Assembly (NCBI GenBank): GCA_965370495.1
Contig: CBDUUV010000001.1
Location: 1 to 56,366 of the forward strand
Length of the DNA stretch: 56,366 nt
Source: an uncultured bacterium
GTDB taxonomy: Bacteria > Krumholzibacteriota > Krumholzibacteriia > Krumholzibacteriales > Krumholzibacteriaceae
Reading direction: 5' to 3'
A program made the position numbers and the translations under genes. This document shows positions 26,885 to 36,813 of this stretch, one piece after another (the stretch's first letter is position 1; every line of letters starts with the position of its first letter). The notes below the pieces were generated by a model, which was not told the origin of the DNA, made no database searches, and saw only the letters and a program-made list of their open reading frames with translations.

Positions 26885-27973
26885 CTATAACAGCCCGGAA
26901 ATTTTTGCTATCAAAAGATCTTTTACTATGAGCTTTTCCGAAAATTCCTTTACAAAACCAAACGCGTTGGCCGCAATCGAGTCATACAACATGTTATCCG
27001 AAGCGAGTCGTTCCAGGGCATCCATGATCCCCTCCGCGGACTTTACCGGGACAAGTATTCCCGTAGTTCCATCCATGACTATTTCCGGAATGGTTTTCCA
27101 GTCCGTCGCTATAACTGGAACATTGGCGGCAAAACCCTGCAGTATTACTACCGGGTACCCTTCCCCTATGTGATATGTTGGAAGTAACAGAACATCATAA
27201 CCACGTATCGTTTCGGTGACATTTTCCGCGTTTACAATGCCGGAGTATTCAAGGTTTCCAGCCCGGGAGATCTCTTCCATAAAAGTGTCGCGGTCACGAT
27301 CGACCAGCTGTCCGAAAAAATTACATGAGAAATCTGTTTTTCCCCTCAGCGCTTCGATGATTTCGAAAACACCTTTCTCCCTTTTTATTTGCCCGACAAA
27401 GACACAACGTCCCGAAAACGTTTTCTTTTCGTGAATGGCCTGAAAGTTCTTGTCAGGAAGAAAACTGGGAAACTGCAGGACGTGTTCATGCTCCAGTCCG
27501 GTAATATTGACAAGTTGATTTGCAAGGTTATGGGTTTCTGGTAAAACAAACTTCGATTTTTTCAACGCTGATGTAACCAGGCGCTTTCTCAGTGGGTGGA
27601 ATTTCTCGATCCGTTCTGCCAGGAACGAACCGAAGCTTTTGACCAGAACAGGTTTTCGCATTAGCAAAGAGAAGAATATTATAGGAAGCCCCAATGTACA
27701 GATAAATCCGCTGTTTGCCCAGACCATAACGAGATTGGTTCCTGGAAGTTTGTACGACAACTGCGACAGAATGCGGATGGCCCTGAAGAGGTCACGCGGA
27801 GATCGTTTCTCGAAAGGCAGCCTTACCCTGTTTCCAGCGGATGTATTGATATGATCTATCTCTATTCCCGATTGATTCCAATAGGCGCTCTCGAGAAGGT
27901 TCAGGGTCGAGACAGTATCTCCTCCTATCGGGGGAGGTAGAGGGCCTATGAGAAGAACGCGTTTTTTTTTCAT
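26885..27973 (-). CDS. Glycosyltransferase, GT4 (GT-B fold)
   Basis: The C-terminal EX7E region is EGYPVVILQGFAANVPVIATDWKTIPEIVMDGTTGILVP. Confidence 0.8.
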   Translation of the reverse strand: MKKKRVLLIGPLPPPIGGDTVSTLNLLESAYWNQSGIEIDHINTSAGNRVRLPFEKRSPRDLFRAIRILSQLSYKLPGTNLVMVWANSGFICTLGLPIIFFSLLMRKPVLVKSFGSFLAERIEKFHPLRKRLVTSALKKSKFVLPETHNLANQLVNITGLEHEHVLQFPSFLPDKNFQAIHEKKTFSGRCVFVGQIKREKGVFEIIEALRGKTDFSCNFFGQLVDRDRDTFMEEISRAGNLEYSGIVNAENVTETIRGYDVLLLPTYHIGEGYPVVILQGFAANVPVIATDWKTIPEIVMDGTTGILVPVKSAEGIMDALERLASDNMLYDSIAANAFGFVKEFSEKLIVKDLLIAKISGLL

Positions 27974-28123
27974 AGAAAAATCCTGGAAACGTGCCTTGCA
28001 CGCTCCTGCCCGGCGATTGTATTAAGCAACTATTCTTCAGTGTAATTTATCATACTTTCGGGAAAATATCATATTGAAAAATCAGCCTGCGGGAGACTTT
28101 GTTCCCACTGGCTGAATAAACGC

Positions 28124-28160
28124 AAAAAAGCCCGCGGAAAATATCTTTCCTACGGGCTTT
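28124..28160 (-). terminator. Rho-independent terminator after the CBM9/DUF5916 gene
   Basis: The minus-sense sequence is AAAGCCCG-ta-GGAAA-gatat-TTTCC-g-CGGGC followed by TTTTTT. Confidence 0.75.
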
Positions 28161-28190
28161 AATGCGTCCTTCCGGGACTATAAAGCGATC

Positions 28191-30842
28191 TTAGATGCTG
28201 AACCACTTGTTTATCTTTATCAGGAAAGTATTGTCCCCGTCCGACGAGAACATCCTTCTCATATCCCTGCTGAACCTGAAATCACCGACTTCTTCTTCGA
28301 AATCGGTTGCTCCCCTTGACCACACGAGGAAGATCGTCGAGCCCGGGGCGAACTCCCAGCGAAAAACAAGATTTGAACGGAACTGTTTGAAGTTAAAATC
28401 CGGGTTGTTCCAGTAATCGAACGGAGTGAACCTGTCACCGTATCTGTCAGCGTGAGGCGCGGTGACTTCCTTGAAATCCGAATATTTGCCGGCCGCGATA
28501 TACGGCATGCCATAGAATTGCAGGCACATTTTCGACGTAAGGGTGAAATCGACACGGGTCGTAATCCTCAAGGTCTTTCTGTTGATGCGTCCAAGGATAT
28601 AATGATCACCTTCAGCATCCTCGTATGAATCGACGTACTGCAGGTCGTTGGTGCTGATGTTGTACGAGGGGCGGAGTGATATGTTGAATCTGCCCGAAGG
28701 CCGGATCGTGATCCCAGGAGATATTTCATAGGAAGTGAATCCCTCCGAATTCCTGCTCACGGAGCCTCCGTATCTGAAGGAGATCATTTTGCGGTTGTCT
28801 GTATGAAATCCGTGCCACGTGGTGAACCTTCCGGGAATGATCACGGAAGGCCCTCCCCACAACAGCCTGTTATTCTGACGTTCATTGTTGAGAGCAATGC
28901 CTCCGTACAATCCCCAGTAGTTCATGAATTGCAGATAGCCGTTTATGTTTCCTCCTGCGCCGGTATCGTCTCTTCCATAATTGGTACCCTTCCAGGAATT
29001 GGTGTTCAGATTCCAGTTCCTGATGATCTTTCCCGGTTCATAATGCCGGTATCCGACCCACAGGACACCTAATGTATTGTCAGCATCGTTGGTGTAGCCG
29101 ACATCGTTCAGCTCGAAAGCCGGAGTTCTTGTATTGAATCCCACGCCGAAAAGCCACGGTTCTCCCGAGAATTTTCCACCCCAGAATGTTGCGGCGAACC
29201 CTTCCATGTGAGTCAATGTCGAATCGACTCCGAGGTGGTCAGCGTCGGGGCGCTGGTAGTATCTCAAGGGTGACTCCTGGGCATTGATCATCGCTTCTTC
29301 GCTGCCACTTATGTGACTTCCCAGCATCTTTACCCTCACGCTGTATTCATCGTTGTGCCAGCGGTGCTCGACATCGATCCCGGAGGTTATCGCCGTAGTG
29401 TTCATAAAATCGAAATCAGAGTTGGGAAGATCTCTGTAGACATTTGTCAGGATCCCGCCCACAGCGCTTTTTCCGTCATTGAATTCCTTCCGGGCACGAG
29501 CGACCGTATAGCTCGTCATGGGTTCGACTGCCACATCAAAACGCTTTCCGTCGGGCAGCTCGACAAGCGACTCCTCCTTGTCGGTAACGGCCTGGAGAAT
29601 ACCGATCGACCATCCGTTCGAAGTCCTTCCTGTTATTTTGGCCGCACCCAGTATCTTTGCAAATTGCGGTGTATTCTCCCAGTAGTCTTCAATACCGGCA
29701 AGCCTTGCCGCGTCTCCTGCATACAGGTGGGGACTTCTGCCGATACGCCTGGAATAGAAGACACGCTCCCTGTCCATGTCGCCAAACCCTATAGTGTAGT
29801 TGAATATATTGGCGCCCTCGATAAAGAAAGGCCGTTTTTCATCGAAGTATGTCTCGAAAGCAGTAAGATTGAATTCCGACGGGTCTTGTTCCACCTGTCC
29901 GAAGTCGGGATTGACCGACATATTAAGGGTGATATCGCTTGTAATACCGTATTTGATATCGAGGCCAAGCCGGTAGGATGGGTTGTTTCCATCCAAAAGC
30001 CCCCAGTCGTCAGCCAGGAAGGGGTTGCCATCGGGGTTGCCATACTTGTCGGCACTGGTAACCATGTATGGAAGTATCTCGAGTTTTTTCGATGCGGGCA
30101 GGTCGATAAGCCCTTCGAGCCTGCCGAACCTGGCTATGATCTGGCTGACATCCCTCGGAACAGGATTCCAGAAAGCATTTTCGTTGTTTCGGTTGATCGA
30201 TCTGAGGACCTGGAATCCCCAGGAACTTGTGTCCCCGTTGCTGGCATAGCGGAGCTGGCTGAAAGGTATACAGAATTCGGCTGTCCACCCTTTTTCATCG
30301 ATATGTGTAGCAACTTGCCAGACGGCGTCCCAGTTTTCGTCCCGGTCATTGCCGTCAAACCAGAAAGCGTCTGTCTGCACACCGGCAGGATTGACTGAGA
30401 ACTCGAATGCCGTTCTTTTGTCATTGTAGCTGTCGAAAGCAAGGCTGATCCAGTCGGATGGAGAATCCTCGTCCCTTCGGGTCAAAAGTCCCTTGATCCG
30501 GTCCGGGCTCGAATCAAAAGCCCTGATTCCAATAAATATACTATTATCGTTGTAAACGACCCTGATGGTTGTCTTTTCAGTAGACGGGGCTCCTTCCTCA
30601 GGCTCCTGTTGTATGAAACCGGACCCTGCAGGTGCTTTCGCCCATTCGGATTCATTCAGAATACCATCCACATGGATCCTTCCGTTTGAGATCCGGACAG
30701 CCTTCAGTTTCTTGAACAGGGCAGGATCATCTTCAATGGATTTACCGGCCGAAGCGGGCTTGGCCGGGAATACTGTCATCAGGATCAATATCAGACAGAA
30801 AAAGAATACACGGCTGTTACTGTATCCAGGCAGGGGGAGCAT
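28191..30842 (-). CDS. Carbohydrate-binding family 9-like / DUF5916 domain protein (secreted or outer-membrane)
   Basis: The protein has a signal peptide. The N-terminus IHVDGILNESEWAKAP..FIQQEPEEGAPSTEKTTIRVVYNDNSIFIGIRAFD is CBM9-like. A long beta-rich C-terminal part ends in an aromatic residue. Confidence 0.65.
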   Translation of the reverse strand: MLPLPGYSNSRVFFFCLILILMTVFPAKPASAGKSIEDDPALFKKLKAVRISNGRIHVDGILNESEWAKAPAGSGFIQQEPEEGAPSTEKTTIRVVYNDNSIFIGIRAFDSSPDRIKGLLTRRDEDSPSDWISLAFDSYNDKRTAFEFSVNPAGVQTDAFWFDGNDRDENWDAVWQVATHIDEKGWTAEFCIPFSQLRYASNGDTSSWGFQVLRSINRNNENAFWNPVPRDVSQIIARFGRLEGLIDLPASKKLEILPYMVTSADKYGNPDGNPFLADDWGLLDGNNPSYRLGLDIKYGITSDITLNMSVNPDFGQVEQDPSEFNLTAFETYFDEKRPFFIEGANIFNYTIGFGDMDRERVFYSRRIGRSPHLYAGDAARLAGIEDYWENTPQFAKILGAAKITGRTSNGWSIGILQAVTDKEESLVELPDGKRFDVAVEPMTSYTVARARKEFNDGKSAVGGILTNVYRDLPNSDFDFMNTTAITSGIDVEHRWHNDEYSVRVKMLGSHISGSEEAMINAQESPLRYYQRPDADHLGVDSTLTHMEGFAATFWGGKFSGEPWLFGVGFNTRTPAFELNDVGYTNDADNTLGVLWVGYRHYEPGKIIRNWNLNTNSWKGTNYGRDDTGAGGNINGYLQFMNYWGLYGGIALNNERQNNRLLWGGPSVIIPGRFTTWHGFHTDNRKMISFRYGGSVSRNSEGFTSYEISPGITIRPSGRFNISLRPSYNISTNDLQYVDSYEDAEGDHYILGRINRKTLRITTRVDFTLTSKMCLQFYGMPYIAAGKYSDFKEVTAPHADRYGDRFTPFDYWNNPDFNFKQFRSNLVFRWEFAPGSTIFLVWSRGATDFEEEVGDFRFSRDMRRMFSSDGDNTFLIKINKWFSI

Positions 30843-30989
30843 GTTTGTCCTTCCATAAGCAGCGTTACTGAAAGAAACAGGGCGACGGGATCAGCTCACA
30901 GCCCCATGCGGGTATCCGTAAACGATTCTGCCACCAGTTTCCGTAGCGGTCGTGTGGTGTCGTATTCTTTTGTTTCCTGTTGATGTAAA

Positions 30990-31028
30990 CGAAAAAAAAC
31001 GGAAAAAGTTTCAAAAATTTTTCCCGTC
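30990..31028 (-). terminator. Rho-independent terminator of glnA
   Basis: The minus-sense sequence is ACGGGAAAAA-tttttgaaac-TTTTTCCGT (one bulged G) followed by TTTTTTT. It lies about 95 nt downstream of the glnA stop. Confidence 0.8.
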
Positions 31029-31122
31029 AGCATGATTCAGCGCGGATAGAGGTGATATATCGCTGTTATATTCAGAACATGCAAAGGGAGGGGGTGGTGG
31101 CGCGTTGTGAGGCCGCGTCGAG

Positions 31123-32451
31123 TCAGCATTTGTCGATATATCTCTCAATTTCCCAGTCAGTAACCGCGGACTTGAATTCCTGCACCTCTTTTTCCTTCGC
31201 ATTTGCGTACTTGGTGGATAGTTCATCTCCCAGGAGGTCGCGCATCAGGTCGCTCTCCCTGAAGAGCCGTACAGCCTCCTCCAGGGTCTGCGGCAGGATC
31301 TCTATTCCCATGTCGAGAAGTTCCCGGCCGGTTTTTTCATATACGCTGTCTTCCATCTCAGGCGCGAGTTCTACCCTGTTTTTGATTCCGTCAAGCCCCG
31401 CCTTGAGTATGGCTGCGAACAGGAGATAGGGAGAAGCACTGGGATCGGGGCATCTCAGCTCGGCTCTGATCGATGATTCCCTCCCCTTGGTAAAATGAGG
31501 AATTCGTACCAGTGCTGACCTGTTTTTGCTTCCCCAGCAGATGTAGACAGGGGCTTCGTACCCGGAGACAAGACGTTTGTAGGAGTTGATAGTGGGATTT
31601 GTCAGGGCACACATTCCCTTGATATGAACGAGAAGCCCCGCAATAAAATTCTTGGCCAATGGGGAAAGCTTGTCAGGATCATGCTCGTCGTAGAATGCGG
31701 GAGTCCCATCGTCGCTGAAAAGGCTGCAATGGATATGCATGCCGTTTCCGGGTTTTTCGAAGAGAGGTTTTGGCATGAAGGAAGCTATAAGCCCGCGTCT
31801 GTGAGCTATGGATTTTATTATTTTTTTCAATACGATGATATTGTCGGCCGTTGTCAGCGCGTCACCGTACCTGAATCCGACTTCGTGCTGTCCGACACCG
31901 ACCTCATGGTGTGCTCTTTCCGAATCAATTCCGAATACCTTCAGGGCCACCATGATTTCTTTGCGGATATCGCTACCGATGTCCTTGGCCGAACTGTCGA
32001 AATAGGAGCCTGTATCAAACTCGGGAGTCACAAAACTCCCGTCAGCCGACCTTTTGAAAAGGTAGAATTCGACTTCAGGCCCGACGTTGAATTCGTAACC
32101 CATTTCACGTGCCTCGGCGACGATTTTTTTCAGAACGGCCCTGGGGTCACTGCTGAAGAGATTTCCATCGGGAGTGTAGACGTCACACATGAACCTTGCT
32201 GTTTTTCTGCTGCCATCGGCTCCTGGTAAAATGGCGTAAGTAGAGATATCCGGCTTGAGATACATATCGCTTTCTTTTGTCCTGGCAAATCCCCTGATGG
32301 AAGAGCCGTCGAACCAGACACCTCTTTCCGCGGCGGTGGCGAGATTTTCGATCGGGATTTCGATAGATTTGAGTACTCCGAAGATATCGGTAAACTCGAG
32401 TTCGACGAATACGACTCCGTCGGATTTTGCTTTCACTATCAAATCGCGCAT
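31123..32451 (-). CDS. glnA: Glutamine synthetase, type I
   Basis: The motifs FTDIFGVLKSIEIP, NGMHIHCSLF and NRSALVRIP are present. GGAGG lies 8 nt before the ATG at 32451. The ORF is open to 32523. Confidence 0.9.
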   Translation of the reverse strand: MRDLIVKAKSDGVVFVELEFTDIFGVLKSIEIPIENLATAAERGVWFDGSSIRGFARTKESDMYLKPDISTYAILPGADGSRKTARFMCDVYTPDGNLFSSDPRAVLKKIVAEAREMGYEFNVGPEVEFYLFKRSADGSFVTPEFDTGSYFDSSAKDIGSDIRKEIMVALKVFGIDSERAHHEVGVGQHEVGFRYGDALTTADNIIVLKKIIKSIAHRRGLIASFMPKPLFEKPGNGMHIHCSLFSDDGTPAFYDEHDPDKLSPLAKNFIAGLLVHIKGMCALTNPTINSYKRLVSGYEAPVYICWGSKNRSALVRIPHFTKGRESSIRAELRCPDPSASPYLLFAAILKAGLDGIKNRVELAPEMEDSVYEKTGRELLDMGIEILPQTLEEAVRLFRESDLMRDLLGDELSTKYANAKEKEVQEFKSAVTDWEIERYIDKC

Positions 32452-32601
32452 CCGGTTTGCCTCCATATCAATAACTGCTGGCCTGACAATGGCTTGTATT
32501 GTCGATCGTAAACGTTTTTTCAAGGATTGTTCTTGAAAGACTCAATCTACATTAACGAATGGGGGGTTGTCTACTTAAAAAAATTCAACCTGGGGCCTGC
32601 A

Positions 32602-35010
32602 CTACCTCAGCAGAACGGCCTTGCGGCTGATCCTTGTTTCGCCCGCTTTCAGCACATAGAAATATACGCCGCTCGACAGTCCCGCTGGTTGCCATTCTAT
32701 CGAATAACTGCCCGCTTCCATCCTGCGGCTGATCAACTTGTCGACTTCTCTTCCCGCTATGTCGTATACACGCAGGTCCACGCTGCTGTCATCGCCCAGC
32801 GAGAAACAGATGACGGTCGAGGGGTTAAACGGATTCGGCCGGTTCTGCTCGAGAATAGCCAGCGGCGGTGGAGGAGTTTCCGAGCCGGTTGTCTCGTTGA
32901 CCACCAGTGTGTCCCTGTACAGATATCTGTTGTGGGCGGTGACGCTTAATACGAGCGAGTCGACATCTCCGGGGATCGATTCCAGGAGTGTCATCGATAT
33001 ATTGCCCGTTGCAACCGCAATGCTCCGGCCGAAACAGGTACCATTCCAGTAGAGAGCGGCAAGTGCTCCTTCTGTGCCTGTAGAGACACTGAAAATCGTT
33101 TCATCCCTCGCGATGGATGGCGAATGTGACACCGGCATGGCGGATGGCGTGTCGGTCCAGCCGTCAAGAGCCGGATCTCCGAGAAGGTTGAGAGTATAGA
33201 AGCACCACCTGTGAGCGCCCGGTTCATACTCGTCCGGAAGATCTACAAACGGAGCTGTCTCGTCCTTTGATCGCTGATTGGCCGTGCCCAGGTTTGTATA
33301 GCCCTCGGTAAAGGCAGCATCGAAGAACTCCCGTTGAAAATGGTGCGAGGGCCCGTTTGTCGTCCCCTCGGTGAACCAGCCGTAACGGGAATTACCTATG
33401 AAGGCACAGGCAAAAGTACCGATATTAACGATTTTTTCCCCGATACAGTCGTCCATGTCAAACGCGCCGGCGATGCAGCCGTAGGTATATACAATCGAGA
33501 AGTTGGCTGTTATCCCGTCATTTGTGAAATTCGTTTCGTTGACATCTCCGATAGGGAGCCTCATCACATACGATGAATTGGAATGGCCTGCGTGGTTGAG
33601 CCAGTTCGTGCCGGCATTGACCTCGTCGTAGATCACGGATTTCGCCCAACTCCCGAGGTCCCTGTCATAGTATTTCGTGATATTGAAACCGGAGTCCATC
33701 CCTTTCGTGAAAAAGCCGTAGGCGCTGCATGTGTCGATGAGCTGGTCCATCTCATCCCCGCCGTACGTCAACGGATCGCTCCAGAGATGTTCACCCAGCA
33801 TAAGCGCGTTGCGAAGCTGCAACGAAACGGGCGATTCCTGGTACATCGTTGTTTTATTGATAAATGTCGCAATCTTTTCAGGAGAATCGACCGAGGCCCG
33901 TCCTATGGATACTTCGGAATAGAAATCCTCCTCGCCGGGTTCGCCCCACAGAGCGTCGGAATCCGTGTTCCAGCTGCCGTCAAGCGCGGCGAAATAGAGG
34001 TCGGCAGGGATGCCGGAGTCTTCGTACCACGAAGAGGATTGAACTCCACAGTACAGTCCCCTGAACGGTATACCCACGAGGCTGCCCGAATCGCCGTCCC
34101 CGCCCAGAAGGACATGGGTAATTCCGTTATCGGTATATTCGCCGATTATGGCGTTACGTATCCTCTCGGGGGAATCGTTTCCCGGGTAAGTACTTTCGAT
34201 ATGCTCAAAGGTCATGATCCTTGTTCTCATGCCGCGGCGGGTATAGAAATCCCTGAGCGGCCCGAAATCGTCTTCGAAATCCGCTCTGGTTATGATCATG
34301 TATTCGTAGTCGCCTTCCGCGGAGGGAGGTTCGGGGCCCAGGCCGTTGTAGAGAGATATCAGATCCGGATTGTCGACGATATCTTTGAGATACTTTTTTG
34401 TTGCGGCGTCGGTGCGAAGAAGGTCGAGCGCCCGTGGACCCCGGTTGCCAGGCGCGGTCCAGAGAGAGCCTCCGTCGCCAGAGGTTGTCTCGATGGTAAT
34501 CTCGATCTCGCTGTAGTATCCTGTTTCTTCCGCCGCGGGACGGAATCCGACAGGGGTAAAATTTCCAACGGCTATAGAGTGTCCCCGGTAATAGTGTGTG
34601 CTGAATTCAGATACCGGTGGATGAATCCACTCGTTTGATTCGTAAACGGCGCTGTCGTATAGAAGGCGGTTGTCCATGTTGTCCCTGTTGATCCCGGGTG
34701 TAGGGTGCTGTCTCGGATGCAGCCGGATATTCTTTTCGATCTTTTTCCAGCCACGGCGTCTGATTGTTAAACCCGAAACCCGTTCTCCCGGCGGCAGGAG
34801 AATCTGCGCGCCGCGAAAGGGAAAACTCGGCCCGCCAGCTCTGCCGGCCTGGACCGTTGATGGAAAGTATATGCGCGAAAAACCGTTATCCGTCTTTTCC
34901 ATGCGAGGGTTTCCGAAGCGGTAGGTCACAGAGACCTGCCCGGCTTCCGCTACGGATACCAGCAGGACTGTCAGCAATGTTGATATAGCGATCGAGAATA
35001 ACAGTTTCAT
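32602..35010 (-). CDS. Peptidase C25 (gingipain-like cysteine protease) with a C-terminal FlgD-Ig-like / T9SS-type sorting domain
   Basis: The signal peptide is MKLLFSIAISTLLTVLLVSVAEA. The catalytic contexts are NHAGHSN (His) and YTYGCIAGAFD (Cys). The C-terminus reads NRPNPFNPSTVICFSL..VDLRVYDIAGREV..GVYFYVLKAGE..RKAVLLR. Confidence 0.75.
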   Translation of the reverse strand: MKLLFSIAISTLLTVLLVSVAEAGQVSVTYRFGNPRMEKTDNGFSRIYFPSTVQAGRAGGPSFPFRGAQILLPPGERVSGLTIRRRGWKKIEKNIRLHPRQHPTPGINRDNMDNRLLYDSAVYESNEWIHPPVSEFSTHYYRGHSIAVGNFTPVGFRPAAEETGYYSEIEITIETTSGDGGSLWTAPGNRGPRALDLLRTDAATKKYLKDIVDNPDLISLYNGLGPEPPSAEGDYEYMIITRADFEDDFGPLRDFYTRRGMRTRIMTFEHIESTYPGNDSPERIRNAIIGEYTDNGITHVLLGGDGDSGSLVGIPFRGLYCGVQSSSWYEDSGIPADLYFAALDGSWNTDSDALWGEPGEEDFYSEVSIGRASVDSPEKIATFINKTTMYQESPVSLQLRNALMLGEHLWSDPLTYGGDEMDQLIDTCSAYGFFTKGMDSGFNITKYYDRDLGSWAKSVIYDEVNAGTNWLNHAGHSNSSYVMRLPIGDVNETNFTNDGITANFSIVYTYGCIAGAFDMDDCIGEKIVNIGTFACAFIGNSRYGWFTEGTTNGPSHHFQREFFDAAFTEGYTNLGTANQRSKDETAPFVDLPDEYEPGAHRWCFYTLNLLGDPALDGWTDTPSAMPVSHSPSIARDETIFSVSTGTEGALAALYWNGTCFGRSIAVATGNISMTLLESIPGDVDSLVLSVTAHNRYLYRDTLVVNETTGSETPPPPLAILEQNRPNPFNPSTVICFSLGDDSSVDLRVYDIAGREVDKLISRRMEAGSYSIEWQPAGLSSGVYFYVLKAGETRISRKAVLLR

Positions 35011-35289
35011 ACCATTCCTTTCGGGCATATGTGCCTGGACAGATCCGGTAAAATAATTATACCAGATTACCAGGCTTTTTGCCTGGAAAAATAGTGCACG
35101 GGGGGCGGATAAAAAGGTGGATTGACAGGAAGGATTTCGTTTATTATCTGCCGGAACCAAAGATATGCGGGTGGATACGCGGCGATGAGCCGGTTATTAA
35201 ACCGGTGAAAGCGCGCTTGACGAATGCAATCCGCCTGGTGCTAATGACTGGGTCGATGCGGTATGTTCCAGGGCATCGAAAGGAGTATC

Positions 35290-36660
35290 ATGGCAAACGG
35301 CATATGGGCCCTGGGGAAAGATAAAAGGATGCGATCTGTCGCGGCCTGTATCCTGCTTGCTGTGGTTATTTCCATGGGTCTTGCCACTGCACCTTCTGTT
35401 GCCGCCTGTTCTGAAGGAGGCAACCGGTTCAAGTGGGGTTTTGACGAGAGGGTCAGGCAGACATATATCCAGAACGGGTTTGACCTGAGTGACGGCGATA
35501 TGGACGACTGGAACTTTATCAGGGCCCGTTTGCGGCTCTGGGGTGAATGGCAGCCTGTGGATGGCCTGAAGCTGCACGTGGCGCTGAACAATGAACACAG
35601 GCACTGGTTCAAGTCGACGAAGGGATACGAAGACGAAGAGTTTGAAATAAACGAACTTGTTTTCGAAAAACTCTACCTGTCATATGCCGGTATCGGGGGC
35701 TCTCCGGTCAGCGTTACGGCCGGGCGGCAGAATATCATGTACGGGGAGGGTTTCCTTTTCATGGACGGCGGCCCAGGGGACGGTTCGCGCACAGGCTATT
35801 TCAATGCGGTACGCGTCAAGGTTGCTTTCGAAGAAAGATCGCTGGAATTTCATGTGTTGTCCGATCCTTCGCGGGACAACTATCTGCCCGTTGCCAACTG
35901 CCAGCACCAGCCGCTGATCGAATATAAAGAGACAGGCGCCGGGGTGTACTATACAGATACTTCGCTTGATGGAAAAAAAATCGAAGGATACTGTTTCTTC
36001 AAAAACGAAAAGCATGACGACAATGCTCTGCCCGAGAGCAACATATATACATTTGGAGGGCGATTGAGCGGTACGGTGGGAGGGCGTATCAATTATGCCA
36101 CTGAATGGGCTTACCAGCTGGGTGACAGGGGGGATGACGCCCGAAGAGGTCTCGGGGGATACGCTCACGGTACGTACGATTTTCCGGGAGCGATGAAGCC
36201 GGCTCTTACCGCCGGAGTGGTCTATCTGTCCGGGGATGATCCGGGAACCAGAGAGTACGAAGGATGGAACCCGCTCTACAGCCGCTGGCCGAAATGGAGC
36301 GAACTATATATATACACACTTGCCAGGCATGAACATGGCGTAGCCTATTGGGACAACCTGTTCGCTCCGAATCTCGGAGTTTCGCTAAAGCCTGTGGAGA
36401 AAATTACTCTGAAGGTTTCCCTTTACTATATGGTTGCTCCCCAAAGCTTTCCCGATTCTGTGCCGGGGAAGGCATCTTCTGAGCCCATTTTTGGTGGTGG
36501 AAACTTCAGGGGCCTTCTATCGGCATTCAAACTTGAGTGGGCGATTAAAAAACAGATATCCGGCCACCTCCTGTGGGAAAGGTTCGCGCCGGGTGATTAC
36601 TACAATGACAGGAGTGATACGGCGAATTTTCTCAGGTGGGAAGTATTCTACAGTTTTTAA
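35290..36660 (+). CDS. Outer-membrane beta-barrel protein, alginate-export (AlgE)-like
   Basis: An AAGGAG RBS precedes the start, and a signal peptide is present. Alternating beta-strand patterns run through the protein (RARLRLWGEW, LHVALNNE). The C-terminal strand VFYSF ends in Phe. The family call is tentative. Confidence 0.5.
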   Translation: MANGIWALGKDKRMRSVAACILLAVVISMGLATAPSVAACSEGGNRFKWGFDERVRQTYIQNGFDLSDGDMDDWNFIRARLRLWGEWQPVDGLKLHVALNNEHRHWFKSTKGYEDEEFEINELVFEKLYLSYAGIGGSPVSVTAGRQNIMYGEGFLFMDGGPGDGSRTGYFNAVRVKVAFEERSLEFHVLSDPSRDNYLPVANCQHQPLIEYKETGAGVYYTDTSLDGKKIEGYCFFKNEKHDDNALPESNIYTFGGRLSGTVGGRINYATEWAYQLGDRGDDARRGLGGYAHGTYDFPGAMKPALTAGVVYLSGDDPGTREYEGWNPLYSRWPKWSELYIYTLARHEHGVAYWDNLFAPNLGVSLKPVEKITLKVSLYYMVAPQSFPDSVPGKASSEPIFGGGNFRGLLSAFKLEWAIKKQISGHLLWERFAPGDYYNDRSDTANFLRWEVFYSF

Positions 36661-36681
36661 TGCTTGAAAGGCAGGTGAGAG

Positions 36682-36804
36682 ATGGGTCCATTCAACATGC
36701 CCTGGCTGACGTTCACGGCATTCATCGTAGTCGGCGCAAGCATAGTCGCGTCGATCCTGTGGGCTGTGAATGAAATCAGGCATGACAGGAATATTGACCG
36801 GTAA
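36682..36804 (+). CDS. Small single-TM protein (symporter small accessory protein type)
   Basis: This ORF is not in the ORF track because it is only 40 aa. It reads MGPFNMPWLTFTAFIVVGASIVASILWAVNEIRHDRNIDR. An AGGTGAGA RBS precedes it, and it ends 10-25 nt before the SSS transporter start. Confidence 0.55.
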   Translation: MGPFNMPWLTFTAFIVVGASIVASILWAVNEIRHDRNIDR

Positions 36805-36813
36805 CCAATAGGT

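Noticed and set aside
27984-27999. A sigma-54-like element TGGAAACGTGCCTTGC lies on the plus strand.
   Set aside because: The GG-to-GC spacing is one nucleotide too long. It also points into the 3' end of a minus-strand gene, with no plus-strand gene downstream.
35040-35260. The hairpins CCAGGC-ttttt-GCCTGG (~35070) and CCGGTT-atta-AACCGG (~35196) lie in the divergent C25/porin intergenic region, as possible terminators or operators.
   Set aside because: They sit between divergently transcribed genes, so terminators are not expected there. They have no U-tract and no second copy or known motif to tie them to a regulator. I noted them only as possible operator candidates.
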